From NCBI GenBank assembly GCA_032718475.1, contig JAUCBJ010008027.1, forward strand, positions 32,010 through 96,009: a DNA stretch of 64,000 nucleotides, written 5' to 3'. A model generated the notes under the pieces. The model was not told where the DNA came from, ran no database searches, and saw nothing but the letters and a program-made list of their open reading frames with translations. Below are positions 1-11,977 of this stretch, piece by piece; positions within the stretch are counted from its first letter, which is position 1, and each line of letters starts with the position of its first letter. Made by a program: the position numbers and the translations under genes. The stretch is from Nemertoderma westbladi. Taxonomy: Eukaryota; Animalia; Xenacoelomorpha.

Positions 1-1356
1 TTCGGTTCTAGCCATTTGATGCGTAAAACTTTCTTGGGCCATCGTGTTATTTAATATCGAGTTATCGGTATATAAATTTCTCGGATTATGATCAGGTCTA
101 TATGGAATATCATTATCAATAGGTTTATAATTAGCCTTAATAGGGTTTACTATAGGAGTTTCCACTTCGCTAGCAGTATAGATGCGTGTAGGCTCCACAC
201 CTTGCGCATGAAATACTTCAGACCTAACAGGTTGACACATTGTTACAGGGGGTGGTGGTATACCCTTTTGTATATTTACTAATTTATCGCGTTCTAACGC
301 GATATTTTGCTGCACCTCTTGCAACTCTAACCTACTTTCCCTTACTGTTCCCTTGAACTGTTGAACAGTCTCCTGCATCTGCCCGAGCAGGAGATCCATC
401 CCCCGCTGTCTCTCATCCACCCAATCAACCGCCGAAGCAGGATTTGCCAACGTAGTAGCGGGCGGACGAGGGGCAACGGGCGACAAATCATTGATAATTC
501 GCTCGGAGCCCAGGACAGGGATTGTCGCAGGGGTTGTTCTACTGGGCACAGGTAGTTTTGCGCCGTGCAAAGGGAATTTAGAAGTAGATTCCGGGAGTAC
601 AGGTGTCTCCATCACCGAAGGGGCGGCTTTGAGAACAGGCCCGATTATTTCAGGTTCATCCACTATAGTAGGGAGTCTCTCTACGGTAATAATTTGGTCT
701 GTGGGTTCTGTACTACCTAAGTCTGTGCTAGCTAATTGTCTCTTAACAGCTGGGGGCAAATCAGGCAACTTGTGACGGTGGGACATTCTTCGATGTCTGC
801 TGAGACGAGATCTATTTCCTCCACCTTCAGTATCGGTGGTATCGCCTTCCTCAGATGATGTATATCCCTGTCTTTTGGGAGTGGATCGACTCATCATCTG
901 CATTTGACTAGCTGTTAGCTGTTTATTTATGTAGTCTTGCTTCTCTTGAAGATTTTCCAACTCCATTTGGGTGGTCTCTTCAGACGCTCTCCGTTCTGCT
1001 TCTGCCACTGCCTCCGCCGCTGCTACAGCCGCTTTTCTTTCCGCTTCGGCCGCTGCTACTGCTGCTGTCTTTCTGTCTTCTATTCGTTTTTTCTTTACTT
1101 GTTCCTCTTGAACCTTAGTGAGGCGGATGCTTTCATCGAATTTAGCTTGGTTTGTTAGCTTTTTATTTAGCTTGGCTCCTTCACTATTAGGGCTAAGTCC
1201 CTCCAGCCGTCTCCTCAACTCTTTGTCCCCTAGGAAACGTTGATAGTCTGACAGATAGATGTCGATAGCGTCCCTCGTTCGCGGTCTCTCTGCTGTCACT
1301 TCGCTTTCAGTTGTATCTAGTAGACTGTCTGACAGGTTCTGCTTTGCGTCAGACAT
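1..1356 (-). CDS. gag: BEL/Pao element A, N-terminal part of gag (open frame running off the window start)
   Basis: ATG at 1356 (MSDAKQNLSD...), coiled-coil-like A/E/K-rich stretch, same frame as codons at 420 and below. Bases 1-640 are the reverse complement of 49036-49717, which continues into BEL-type capsid and zinc-knuckle motifs. Confidence 0.75.
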   Translation of the reverse strand, partial: MSDAKQNLSDSLLDTTESEVTAERPRTRDAIDIYLSDYQRFLGDKELRRRLEGLSPNSEGAKLNKKLTNQAKFDESIRLTKVQEEQVKKKRIEDRKTAAVAAAEAERKAAVAAAEAVAEAERRASEETTQMELENLQEKQDYINKQLTASQMQMMSRSTPKRQGYTSSEEGDTTDTEGGGNRSRLSRHRRMSHRHKLPDLPPAVKRQLASTDLGSTEPTDQIITVERLPTIVDEPEIIGPVLKAAPSVMETPVLPESTSKFPLHGAKLPVPSRTTPATIPVLGSERIINDLSPVAPRPPATTLANPASAVDWVDERQRGMDLLLGQMQETVQQFKGTVRESRLELQEVQQNIALERDKLVNIQKGIPPPPVTMCQPVRSEVFHAQGVEPTRIYTASEVETPIVNPIKANYKPIDNDIPYRPDHNPRNLYTDNSILNNTMAQESFTHQMARTE

Positions 1357-1405
1357 GTTTATTTGTACAGTTGAATGCCTACTGCTAGATTACAGTTAAA
1401 GCAAG

Positions 1406-2896
1406 TGTTGCCGTTATCCCTACACCAGGGGGGAAAAACGCCGATGCTGGAGACGTGACTTTACAGACCACCGAGCCCCGGCCAGTCACCGGATATTGAT
1501 TGTGGAGAAGGAATGATTTCTGAGATGCAGTTTGCGGTTGAGAAAAAGCTGCATTAGTTGGATATACTCTTTAATGTAACTGAACTCTGTTGAACCTGAT
1601 TGAGAATAATTTTGGGCTTCCCCAAACCAATATACACCAAATATTCACAATAATTATACACGACAATATAAATCCCTACAGTATATTATTTAATTACCCA
1701 CTGTTCGCTCAGATTTTAGCCTACCTAATGTTCCCCAGATTTTCCCTCGGTCCTAGTCTTTGGTGCCGTAGTGTCGGTGTCGGTCGACCCTGTTGCGTGT
1801 CCGTTCCACCCCTCCCGAACCCCGAAGGGTTCGATCATCGAGAACCAGCACGGCTTGGCTAAGGGTCGGTCCAGTCGGTAGACTCTGTTGCGTATCCGTA
1901 CCACCCCTCTCGAACCCCGAAGGGATTGGTCATCGAGAACCAGTACGGCTTGGCTAGGAGTCTGTCGTGTCGGTGGACCCGTTCGCGTGTCCGTCCCACC
2001 CCTCACGAACCCCGAAGGGAACGATCATCGAGAACCAGTACGGCTTGGCTAGGGGTCCGTCGGTTCATTGCAGAGACCCAACCACCTAGGCTTTCCGAGT
2101 CCTTATTCAGGCTCGTAGTCGCTTCGGCAGCCAAGAAACTGCTCCGAACAGTCGGTAGGCCAGTAGAGTCTAGTCCTTTGTCTTTCGACCCCGTCGCGTG
2201 TCCGTCCCACCCCTCACGGACCCCGAAGGGAACGATCATCAAGAACCAGTACGGCTTGGCTAAGGGGTCTGTCGTCGGTTCCCGTCGCAAGTCCCTGGTA
2301 CAAGCAGCCGGCGTTCCGATGTCCTTTTCAGGCTCGTAATAACTGCTGTTGACCAGAGACCGCTAAGGGCAGTCCTCGTCAAACTCTTCCTCTGTAAGTC
2401 GGCCACCCTTTCGCGTGTCTGTCCCACCCCTCGCAAACCCCGAAGGGATCGGTCATCGAGAACCAGTACGGCTTGGCTAAGGGGGCTGTCGTCTCCTGTC
2501 GCAAATCCCTGACGCAAGCAGCCAGCGTTCCGATGTCCTTTTCAGGCTTGTAATAACTGCTGTTGGCCAGGGACCGCTAAGGGCAGTCCTTGTCCTTTAG
2601 GCCTGGCGCGTTACCAAATCCACCCCTACAGGCAGCAGGAAGTTGGCCAGGGCCTAATAGTAATCAGGCTAATCTGAATACTGCTTGAATTTTCCATCCC
2701 CCCTGGCCCTTATAAATATGAAATTATTCCCATACCCTGTAAGTTGCCCCAAAGTTCGCCCATAAATCGCCCCCAGTTTATAGAATGTGCCCAAAACCCG
2801 TGGTCCTGCACCCAGTAGTAATATCGGAATAATCAATTTTAATAAATACAAAAAATATTCAACTCGCGTTTAAGAAAAGTTGAAATACCGCGAACA
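1406..2896 (-). repeat. 3' LTR of element B (1491 bp, five internal modules)
   Basis: Direct repeat of 12414-13679, TG...CA termini, preceded on the minus strand by PPT GGGGAGGAC, TATA-like TATTTATAAG near 2710-2719. Confidence 0.95.
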
Positions 2897-2905
2897 GTCC
2901 TCCCC
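2897..2905 (-). promoter_or_regulatory. Polypurine tract of element B
   Basis: Minus strand GGGGAGGAC directly abutting the TGTT start of the LTR. Confidence 0.8.
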
Positions 2906-3071
2906 AATGACCTTCGTGAGGTCTATCGGTAGAATGAGTTTGCGTAGGTCATTCCCAATATAAAAAACCCAAATTTAATATTGCATAGTTTGATTAATTT
3001 GGCCTAGAGTTTATATATATATATGTATAAAAATAAATGTTCAATAAATGTTCCTGGAATATCCCGATCCA

Positions 3072-3923
3072 CTATTTCTTTCTGTGATATGCCTTTCGCC
3101 TCTTTGCCCGTCGACTCTCATCGATCACTATAGCTGGTAGAGGAGAGTCAACATCCATCGTGAGCAATGCTTCGGCTTGTCTCCTGGCGGCTCTTTCGAT
3201 GGCATTGGGATCATATCGGTTCGTCTTTCCAACTCGGACTTGCGTGCCTCTAGGAACCACTCTCCGTCACCGAACTCCTCTTTATACGAGTATAATCGTC
3301 TAATGACTTCAAATGGGCCGAATAATCCGGCACTCAGTAGCAGATCCACGTAATGGAAAGGTAGCGTGGCCGACGTGTGGAGGCGTTCCGGGAAGGAGAA
3401 ATACCCGCACGCCATCTCCTGCGCAATATTCCGAGCGTTCCTCCGTACTTTTCCTGGTAGTCATCGTGATTCTGGATGATCGATATGCGTTCCTCTCGTA
3501 GCGTCGCCGTACACTCCGATAGGTTTCCCCAGTGGGTGAGGTACGTACTCTTGTCTCGACGAAACTTTGACATCTCACCAACGTAATCGCTTTCGAGGTG
3601 GGTGTCGCGTTTCCCTCGTTGTCGTAGATCAAACATTGGGATTTGTAGACGCTTTGCTGGAACGTTTCCCAAAACGACGACTCGTCCCCACCGGTTGCCT
3701 TTGTGTTCCGAGTTCTTTTCAGTCTCGTACTAGCATCGGCTAACCGGAGGGCTCGTAGATTCTTGGAATCCGGTCCCTCTCGCCCGGTGAATTTAATGAC
3801 TCGCACGTTCTTATTTAGCAGGGTACTCCAATTTGTATCAAAGTCAGGGGATCCAGGTTGCGAATATTCCAGTAGATCTATCGTGTTACGTAATTCGCCG
3901 ATAATTTGGCGATTTGGGTCCAT
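3072..3923 (-). pseudogene. Accessory ORF3 of element B, unknown function, probably frameshifted (~280 codons)
   Basis: Overlapping sense ORFs 3309-3923, 3334-3672, 3128-3415 and 3072-3260 form a GC-richer island between AT-rich spacers. Ends in RRAKRRKAYHRKK. No signal peptide or TM segment seen. Confidence 0.6.
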
Positions 3924-4476
3924 ATTTACGATTAAAAATTATATCCGTTACAAATTAGATCAGTTAATTATAAGTCCAGAAAGTCTGAAACTATAGCGAT
4001 TGCAGAATAATTCAGTTTATTTTTTAGTTCAGTTTATTAATAACATTGCTATATAGGCATCTATCATCTCATTGCTAATACATTCAGCATTTACAGTTAC
4101 TATAGCTATACATTAATATCCAACCAGTTTTTTATGACTTTTTTGTCCTTTCCAATTCTTTCTTTAGACTTTTTATACCTTTTTTTTGTCTTTTTTCATT
4201 TCTCTTTATTATTTCATCTCATTTCATTTATTTCAACACATTTCAACACATTTAGTTCCACCATTTATTTCTCAATTTTGTTTATTTCCACATCATCATT
4301 GGGGTTATAGCCCCCCGGCTATCATCATTTGTTATAAGCGCAGCACCAGGGTGCGCATCATTACATTTTCATCAGCATACGCGTCATCATTCAGGTTTAT
4401 AGTAGAGTTGTCTGATCCTTTTCATCATTTCCAACTACATTCAATCATCTTCTTTGGTAAATCTTTGTCGTGGAAG

Positions 4477-4898
4477 GGGTGTTCTGCGGCAATCTGGGAT
4501 CTACAGCTGGACTCGTTACACCGCCTACGCCCCAAACTGCACACGTAACGGACAATGAAGACGCTAGGAGTGAAGTCACGTGGATGCACCAGGGACCCAC
4601 CAGAATAACACTCCCAACAACATAAAGCTCAGTCGACGAAGTCATGTGGGATGGGGTTACGCAACATTCTGGGATCTACAGCTGGACTCGTTACACCGCC
4701 TACGCCCCAAAATCCACGCAACGGTCCCACCAGAATAACGCGACTGAGAAACATAAAACCCTCTATCGTCGAAGTCACGTGGATGCACCATGGACCCACC
4801 AGAATAACGGGATAGAGGGGGTGTTGCGCGGCAATCCGGGATCTACAGCTGGACTAGTTACACCGCCTACGCCCCAAACTGCGCACGCAACGGACAAC
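4477..4898 (-). other. Repeated structured-RNA domain between pol and ORF3 of element B
   Basis: Three copies each of two motifs with different but complementary closing stems; G-U pairs work only on the minus (sense) strand. Confidence 0.6.
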
Positions 4899-5169
4899 AT
4901 AACATACTGCAATGAATACAATGAATTCCACTTCAAATCTTTACCATTTCCAATAATCCAATATCGTTGGTCCCGATGACCAAAATCAGGGTAAACAATG
5001 CATAAACGACCCTGCGTCAGTCGAAACGTCTGCAGGGTGATGCTGGACTCCACATAACACACGAGGAAACACAAATACCATTGCGTGGTTACAGTTGGTT
5101 TAAGGGGGGTCCATTTTCATTGTCGATAAATCACAGTTTAAAAGAGTTTGTCAACAGGATGAGAAGGGT

Positions 5170-8100
5170 TTAAACACATTTGTCATTGTCACCAATGTCC
5201 GCAGCAGGATCTTGAGTAGGGAACTTATCACCTCTCGTAGAGTCACCGCTATCATTGCCTTCGAGAAGGCACAGCCTCTGGATAGGGCGTTGGTAGTGGC
5301 CCTTTGCCGTTCGTATCGTCACAGTCCTCGCAAGTCCGTCTTTGCTCGGATGTATTGCCGCGACTCGCGCCACAGGCCAGTGGACGCGGTCTTTGAGATC
5401 TTCTTTTACTAATACCATGTCGCCAACTGCGACATTCCTGTAGGTGTTGTTCCACTTCCTCCTGGTCTGGAGGGTTATGAGGTACTCCTGGGCCCAGATT
5501 CTCCACCAATGCGCTGCCAACGCTTGGGCCTTCTTCCAATTTGTATGTCTCGCGATCTTGTTGGGATCCGGGAACATGGTCTCTGGGAGAACGTGAGTTT
5601 TGGGTCTCCCCAGTAGGTGGTTAGGAGTGAGGGGCTCCAGGTCTGTGGGGTCGTCGCGGATCGGGACAATGGGTCGGTTGTTCAGGGTAGCCGTGATCTC
5701 GCAGAATGTTGTGCGGAGGGTGTCATGGGTTACCCGTGTGTCTCCTAGAGCGACGCGCATGGATCGTTTCACTAGGTCGATCAGTTTCTCCCATACCCCG
5801 CTCATATGGGGTGCTAAGGGGGTCTGGAAGTGCCACTGTATCTGGTGTTCCTTCCAGACTTGGGATGCGGTGTTGTCGGTAAACCATCCCTCGATCGCCT
5901 CTCTAAGTTCTCGTTCTCCTTCCCACAAAGATTGTACCATTATCGGAATACATGTAGCGACATGTCCCGTTGTTCGCCACGAACCGACGCAGAGCGTTGA
6001 TGAATGCGTGTTGCGTCAGGCTTACCACAATATCTAGGTAGATTGCCCTAGACCTTAGGCAGGTGAAGATGGCTCCCCAGCATTTGATGTTGGATCGTCG
6101 TTCGATGACCGTAAACGGTCCGAAACAGTCCACTCCGGTGACGTAGAACAGTGGGGAATCTGCTTGTAGACGGGTGGCTGGTAAGTCGGCCATCTTTTGG
6201 GTGATTGGTGGCGCTAGATATCTTCTGCAGGTAAAGCAACGTTTCAACACTTTCCGGATCAGTGGCTGGATGTGGGTGATCCAATATCTTTGTCTTATAT
6301 TAGCTATAATCCAGTTCTGTCCTGCGTGATGGTTGTCCTCGTGACATTGTAGAATTAATAGCTTAGCTAGTGTCGACGTTCCGGGCAGAAGCGCCGGGTA
6401 TTTAACCTCATATTCGACCGGGGCGTTTGCCATCCGGGTATTCAGTCGGATTAGTCCGTCCTCTCCCATCATTGGTCTCAGTTGGTAGACTGGGCTGTCC
6501 GGTTTCAAGGTTTTGCCCGCACTAAGTTGTTCCCATTCATCGGGGAAACTTTCTCTCTGGACATATCTAACGATACACTTCTCCGCGATAATGAGTTCTT
6601 ATATATTCCGTTGAACTATCGGCTTGTTGTCTTTCCACCGTAGGAAGTTACGAAGGGTTATAACGTGGTGGATGAGCCGTCTCATTGATGAAGTTCGCTC
6701 GATCAACAGATGTAAAGACGCTGCTGGTTGAGTGATCGTCGCGACGTTATAGTGCCTGCCCGAGTCCTTTGCAGGCTCAGTCAGACAACTATAAATTTCC
6801 ACTGCGTGGCTTCGATGGATTTTACGGATCTCTTTATCGTCCTCGGAGTATTTTCCGCTATCGAGTTCGGGGTCGAATTGGGTACTCCATGTTAATTGTG
6901 GCTGCTGTAGGAATTCCGGACCTGTAAGCCAGAGTTTACTTTTACCGAGTTGTTTTGGGGTGGCGCCTCGGCTTGATAAGTTCGCTGGGTTTTCTTTCCC
7001 ATTCACATGGTGCCACTGTTCTCGGCCAGTACACTGTTTAATCTCCGTGGCTCGGTTCGCAACAAACGTGGTGTGACGCCGTGATGGAGAATGGAGATAA
7101 TAGAGAACGATACTCGAATCGACCCAGAAGTGTTGAGATTCGATGAGGATTCGTAGGTTCCGCATGACCATGCGGTTCTGTCTTACTGCCCAAACTGCAG
7201 CCTGTAGCTCGAGTCTTGGAATCGTTGCTACGAATTCCATGGATACTGTCTTGGCTTTAGAGAATAAGAAGCTCGTATCGCCGTTTCCATCGTTGCTTAG
7301 TCTTCGTAAGAAGGTGACTACACCGATTCCGGTATTCGAAGCATCCGAAAAGGTATGGAGCTGGAAGATATCGGTGGGTAGTTTATCGAGGAAGAACGGT
7401 CGAGGGATCCGCATAAGATGTAGGTGTTTGAGCTGCTCCGTCCATTTTCTCCATTTGACGCTGAGGTGTGGGGGGAGTTCTTCGTCCCATCCCAGTCCTT
7501 CTATCCACATTTCCTTAATCAGGTTCATTCCGGCCAAGGTTACTGGAGATATGAAATTTAGTGGGTCGAAGATGGCGCTTTTTATCGACAAACATCCCCT
7601 TTTCGTCATAGGCTTGGATAGGGGTTTATATTTGAAAATAAATTCGTCTGATTCTATGTCCCATTCAATCCCGAGTACATGGTGTTCCACATCCTCTGAG
7701 TACATTTTGTTGTTGTCCAGTCGGATGTCCTCCGGAAACTTTTCCATAAGTTTCTTGTCGTGGGATCTGAACTTCACGAGCGGGAAACCTCCTTTCTTTA
7801 AGCATTCTACCATCCCCATTGCTAGCCGATATGCCTCATCCACATTATCCGCGCCGGCGCATCCGTCGTCTACGTAGAAGCATCGTCGGATGGTTTCTAT
7901 GACGATTGGAGGGAACTCGTTTTCGCACATAGTTGCCGTCCTCTTCAGCATGTCACTACATGCTACCGGCAAGTCCTTAGCGCCGAAGATCCTGACGACC
8001 ATACGCATTACGTCTACGTCCTTTATTGTAAGTTGACTAATCTCCTGTTGAGTTAGTGTTTTATCCGTCCATAGGATACGTAGACAGTCTGTTTCTCTTG

Positions 8101-11100
8101 GTAGCGTACGAACCTGATGAAACATGGCTTTGATGTCGCAGGTGAATGCTATCCGGTTTTCTCTGAACCTGATCAATACGCCAATGAGTGTACTATATAT
8201 GTTGGGTCCCGTATAAAGCTGACTATTCAGGGATTCGCCTTGATACATAGCAGCGGCATCATTGACTACTCGGATTTTCCCGCCCTTCCGGGCTTCTACC
8301 ACATAGTGGGTTGGAAGATAATATGTTCTTTTACCACCTTGCAATTCATTTCGTGGTACCATTTCTGCTAATCCATCGTCGAGATATCCTTGGATTACGG
8401 TATTATATTTCTCCTTTATCTCGGCTTGGTCATTCAGCCGGCGGAGAATTCCCTTAAGTCGCCTAAGGGCCATGTTAGCGTTGTTTGCCATTGGTTTGTT
8501 CGGGTCCTTCCATAACATGGATGAACACCAGTGTCCGTCGTTGAACGTGGCCTGGTCCAGGACATCCATACAATATCGATCTTCCTTGGACGGGTTTTCG
8601 TCCTTTTCAGCAAACTCTTGGGTCTCTAGATTAAAGTATTTAGTCATCTCTTGCTGGGTTTTTTCGGTCTCAAGAAATAAATCCTCATTGAGGTCTGTAG
8701 CTGAGCAATAACCCACGGATGTTACATTTTCTTTAATCTGACATTTAGGAAGGTATGTATAGGTATCAGTAGTCTCTTCCTTGATGCCGCAGAGGGTCCA
8801 TCCCATTATTGTTCGTTCAGTGTAAAAGCCATCATCCTTTTTTATGGATCGGGCGACATCTCCGGTTGGTATGTGTAATTCCGGTGTATCAAGTCTGATC
8901 AGTAGGGTGATGCGGTTTACGTCCAACTGCGGACACCTCAGATCTACATCGTCTCGGCCCAATTGTATGAGGGGGGCGTACTCGGCTGATTGTCGGAACC
9001 GCACTCGGAGGTCTGTGTGTACCAAGGCGTTCTTGATGGTTAACCTAACCGTTTCGTAGCCCTTCATTACTCCTTCCATCTGGAGTTGCACCTCCCCGGA
9101 CTCTACCTCTTTGTTATCGGTGATGGTTTGTATGGGCCGTTTACAAGGTGCATATTCTAGTCCGAGTTGCTAGAGGAAATCCCGGTCGATGATGGTTCCG
9201 TCAGACCCTTTATCAAGGAACGCGAGTGTCGTCAGGGATTTGCCAACTCCTTGAATCCTTACTGGGATCACCTTTGCAAAGACCATGTAACGGCAATTTA
9301 TAAGATTAATCGTGGCTGAAATATTTGTTACTTGTGGTTTATCGGTGGAGATTTTAAATGGATTGGTTTCTCTCCGTTGGGTTGTCCGGGTTCCTTTGAA
9401 AACGTGGTTCGTTTCTCCTCTTCGCTTGGCTTTGATCCGAAAGGGGAGGGTAGTGAAATCGAAGTTTGCGGGGATGTGGAGGAGCGTGTGATGACGTAGG
9501 TCGTTACAGACCGCACAGCATGATCTTTGGTCACAATCCCGAACATAGTGACCCGTACCAAGACACCGGAAGCATCCTCGGTGTTTCATAATCGCTTCGA
9601 AGCGTGGGACGAGTTCGGCAAACTGGAACTTCCTGCAGAATTCAACTTTATGTTTCTCTCCACAATAGAGACAGAGCAGGGAATTTGTGATGCCTTCCCT
9701 CTCGGGTGCCCAATTCGCGAGATAACATGCCCATTCCTCGGCGGATGTCGGTTCCTTGTAGTCTTCATCGTCGGAATCCTCGGCCATGGTTATGGCCATC
9801 GTACTCACCGGTGGGGGGCGGAATCTTGGTTTTGGAGGGGGTATCTTACTCCTGGAGTTGCTCTCTATTCCGTCCAACTTGGCGAGACTCTGTTTTGAAA
9901 ACATCGAGTCATTCATGGCTTCGGAGATATTGTCCAGGAATGCCGACATTTCAAGGAAGCTGGGGTCTCGATCTGGATGTCTGCGCCGGAGATCTACGCA
10001 TTTATAGGCCCACTTACTTTGTAGCCATCCGGGGAACTTCCGGGCGATCTGTCGGAGGTTTAGAATGTTGTTCACCTGGTCCTCCTTATTTAAGGGTTTC
10101 AGAGTATAGTAGGCATCCTTCATTGAGTCAGAGAATTCCTGGATGTTCTGTGGGTCCCCTAGTGATCCCGCATCCTGTATCAGTCTCTCTAGAGTTTTAT
10201 TAATTATAGTTCCGGTATTTCCGTATCTTTTATCTAGAGTTTTCCATGCGTCATAGTATGCCTCATGAGAACCTCCCTCAAAACATGCAATAATTCGGCG
10301 TGGTTTGTCACCCAGGTATTGCGATAAATATACCAATTTCTGTGCGTCGGCTATGTCCGTTGATCCAATCTGCGCAAAGAACCGTTTCTTGAATCTGAGG
10401 TAATCGATGGGATCTCCTTCGAAGGTGCGGATCTTTATCTTGGGCATGGCAAGGCGGTTTTCTAATGCCCAGATAATGCCGACGTCGTCTGAACTGGAGT
10501 GACTCGGAGGGTTATAGTTATTGGCACTCTCTCCCATACTCGATGGATCAATGATAGGTGGAGTTTTAATGATGACGCGACTACGGGTTTGTGGTGTGGA
10601 TGTAAACGGGTTGTTGGATCGAGGAGTGGCGTCCCGTTCCAAGTCCCTTTCAGGCTCGTACTTGGGTACACTCGTTGCCGTGGGGTTGGATGGGAAATAC
10701 GGTTCCTCATTTTTAAGCGTAGCCGGTGGCGGATGGAACACCGGTGCTTGTGCCAATAACGTAGACTGTATGGTAGGCGGGATCTTGGGTTTCGGAAGTT
10801 TCGCCGCTGTTGGTGTAAATGACTTCTCTAATTCCGGTACCGGGATTGGTTCATATTCCTGATCTATATCCCTTTCCCAGTCCTCATATAGTTGAATATC
10901 TCGTTCTATAAGTGCGGCTTCGTATTCCGCGAGTTTCGCAATATCCGCTTTCTTTTTGTGGGTGAGAATCGCTTGGGCCTCAGCGTGTTGTTTACGCATT
11001 TCTGCTTCCCATTTACGTTGTTCAATCTCTTGTTTGGCCTCTCGTTCACGTTGTTCAGCTTCCCGTTTGGCCTCTCGTTCACGTCGTTCAGCCTCCTGTC

Positions 11101-11977
11101 TATGTTGTTCGGCCTCCTGTCTACGTTGTTCGGCCTGCTGTTCAGCCTCCTGTCTATGTTGTTCGGCCTCCTGTCTACGTTGTTCAGCCTGCCATTCAGC
11201 CTCCCATTTGGCCTCTCGTTCACGTCGTTCAGCCTCCTGTATATGTTGTTCGGCCTCCTGTCTACGTTATTCGGCCTGCCGTTCCGTTTCTGTCAATGTT
11301 GTTCGGCCCGTTGTTCGACCTCTTGTTCGGCCTCCCGTTTTTGCATTTCGGCGGCTAATATATCTTGCTCGGTTCGCAGTTGAACGTACTCGTCTTCCAT
11401 CCGAGCTTTGAGGGCTAACGCCTTCTGTTCTCGTAGCTGGTCTCGGAGTGGCTGACCCCCTTGAGAACCGGACTGAACCGGACACTGTGCTCCTAGCGCT
11501 GGAGTGCTAATTTCTAGAGGACCCCGATCTCCTTCTGTGTACTGCTGTCCTGGTGCTGGAGGTTCGCACTGATTCTGCGTCTGTTCTTTCAGCTCTCTTG
11601 TAGTACTGTTCTTCATAGCCTCTCACAAGGCTGAGGGTCCTCCGGTGTTGTTTGCGGAACCCATCTAGATGTACAACATGTTCTTCTAACCTGGAGTAGT
11701 TTTCCTGATCGGTGGAGGGAACGAGCTCTTGGTACGCCTGTATCATTCTTTCATATCGCTGTAAGATATTTCGGATACTTTGAAGCTGAGTTTGTACCTC
11801 ATTGAGGGGGGTTTTGACTCCCTTGAGTTGTTTCTCCATCCGTTGATACGCTCGAGTTACTCCGCCTTTGAGAGCCCCTAGTCGACGGGTCATGTTCTTG
11901 ACGTTCGGTACCTCGTCGGCTTCCGAGTCTGTGTGGTGATCCATCTCGTCGGTATCGGATACGTTATTTGTCGTCAT
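5170..11977 (-). pseudogene. gag-pol: gag-pol of element B, broken by several frameshifts/stops
   Basis: Capsid-like PKIKIRTFEGDP, knuckles CLYCGEKHKVEFC / CFRCLGTGHYVRDC / CAVCNDLRHHTLLH, protease AFLDKGS, RT FYVDD, RNase H FSDAS, integrase HH-CC and GVDCFGP...SDNGT...WEKL, C-terminal tail, spread over six ORFs. Confidence 0.93.
11020..11335 (-). repeat. Tandem ~21-bp coding repeats (EAEQHRQ/EAEQRRQ-like heptads) in gag of B
   Basis: Repeated GTTGTTCGGCCTCCTGTCTA units encoding coiled-coil heptads. Confidence 0.8.

Noticed and set aside
1785-2490. CRISPR-like repeat/spacer array
   Set aside because: Eukaryotic LTR context, ~85-nt repeats, irregular spacers that are partly duplicated, no cas genes.
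1785-2490. SECIS element or hammerhead ribozyme
   Set aside because: AUGA/GA core is present but the helix is only ~7 bp with a UUCG loop and no apical AAR. CUCGAUGA is not CUGANGA and no GAAA/UH core follows.
3072-3923. env gene
   Set aside because: No signal peptide, transmembrane anchor or Cys-rich ectodomain; the same applies to 53693-55897.
4477-4898. Twister/HDV ribozyme, or coding repeats (ORFs 4445-4645, 4644-4979, 4775-5074)
   Set aside because: Catalytic core motifs not found; frame is not kept between repeat copies.
7143-7877. Antisense ORFs opposite pol/gag (also 20874-21518, 45983-46720, 10892-11411)
   Set aside because: Shadow ORFs explained by codon bias or repeats of the sense gene.
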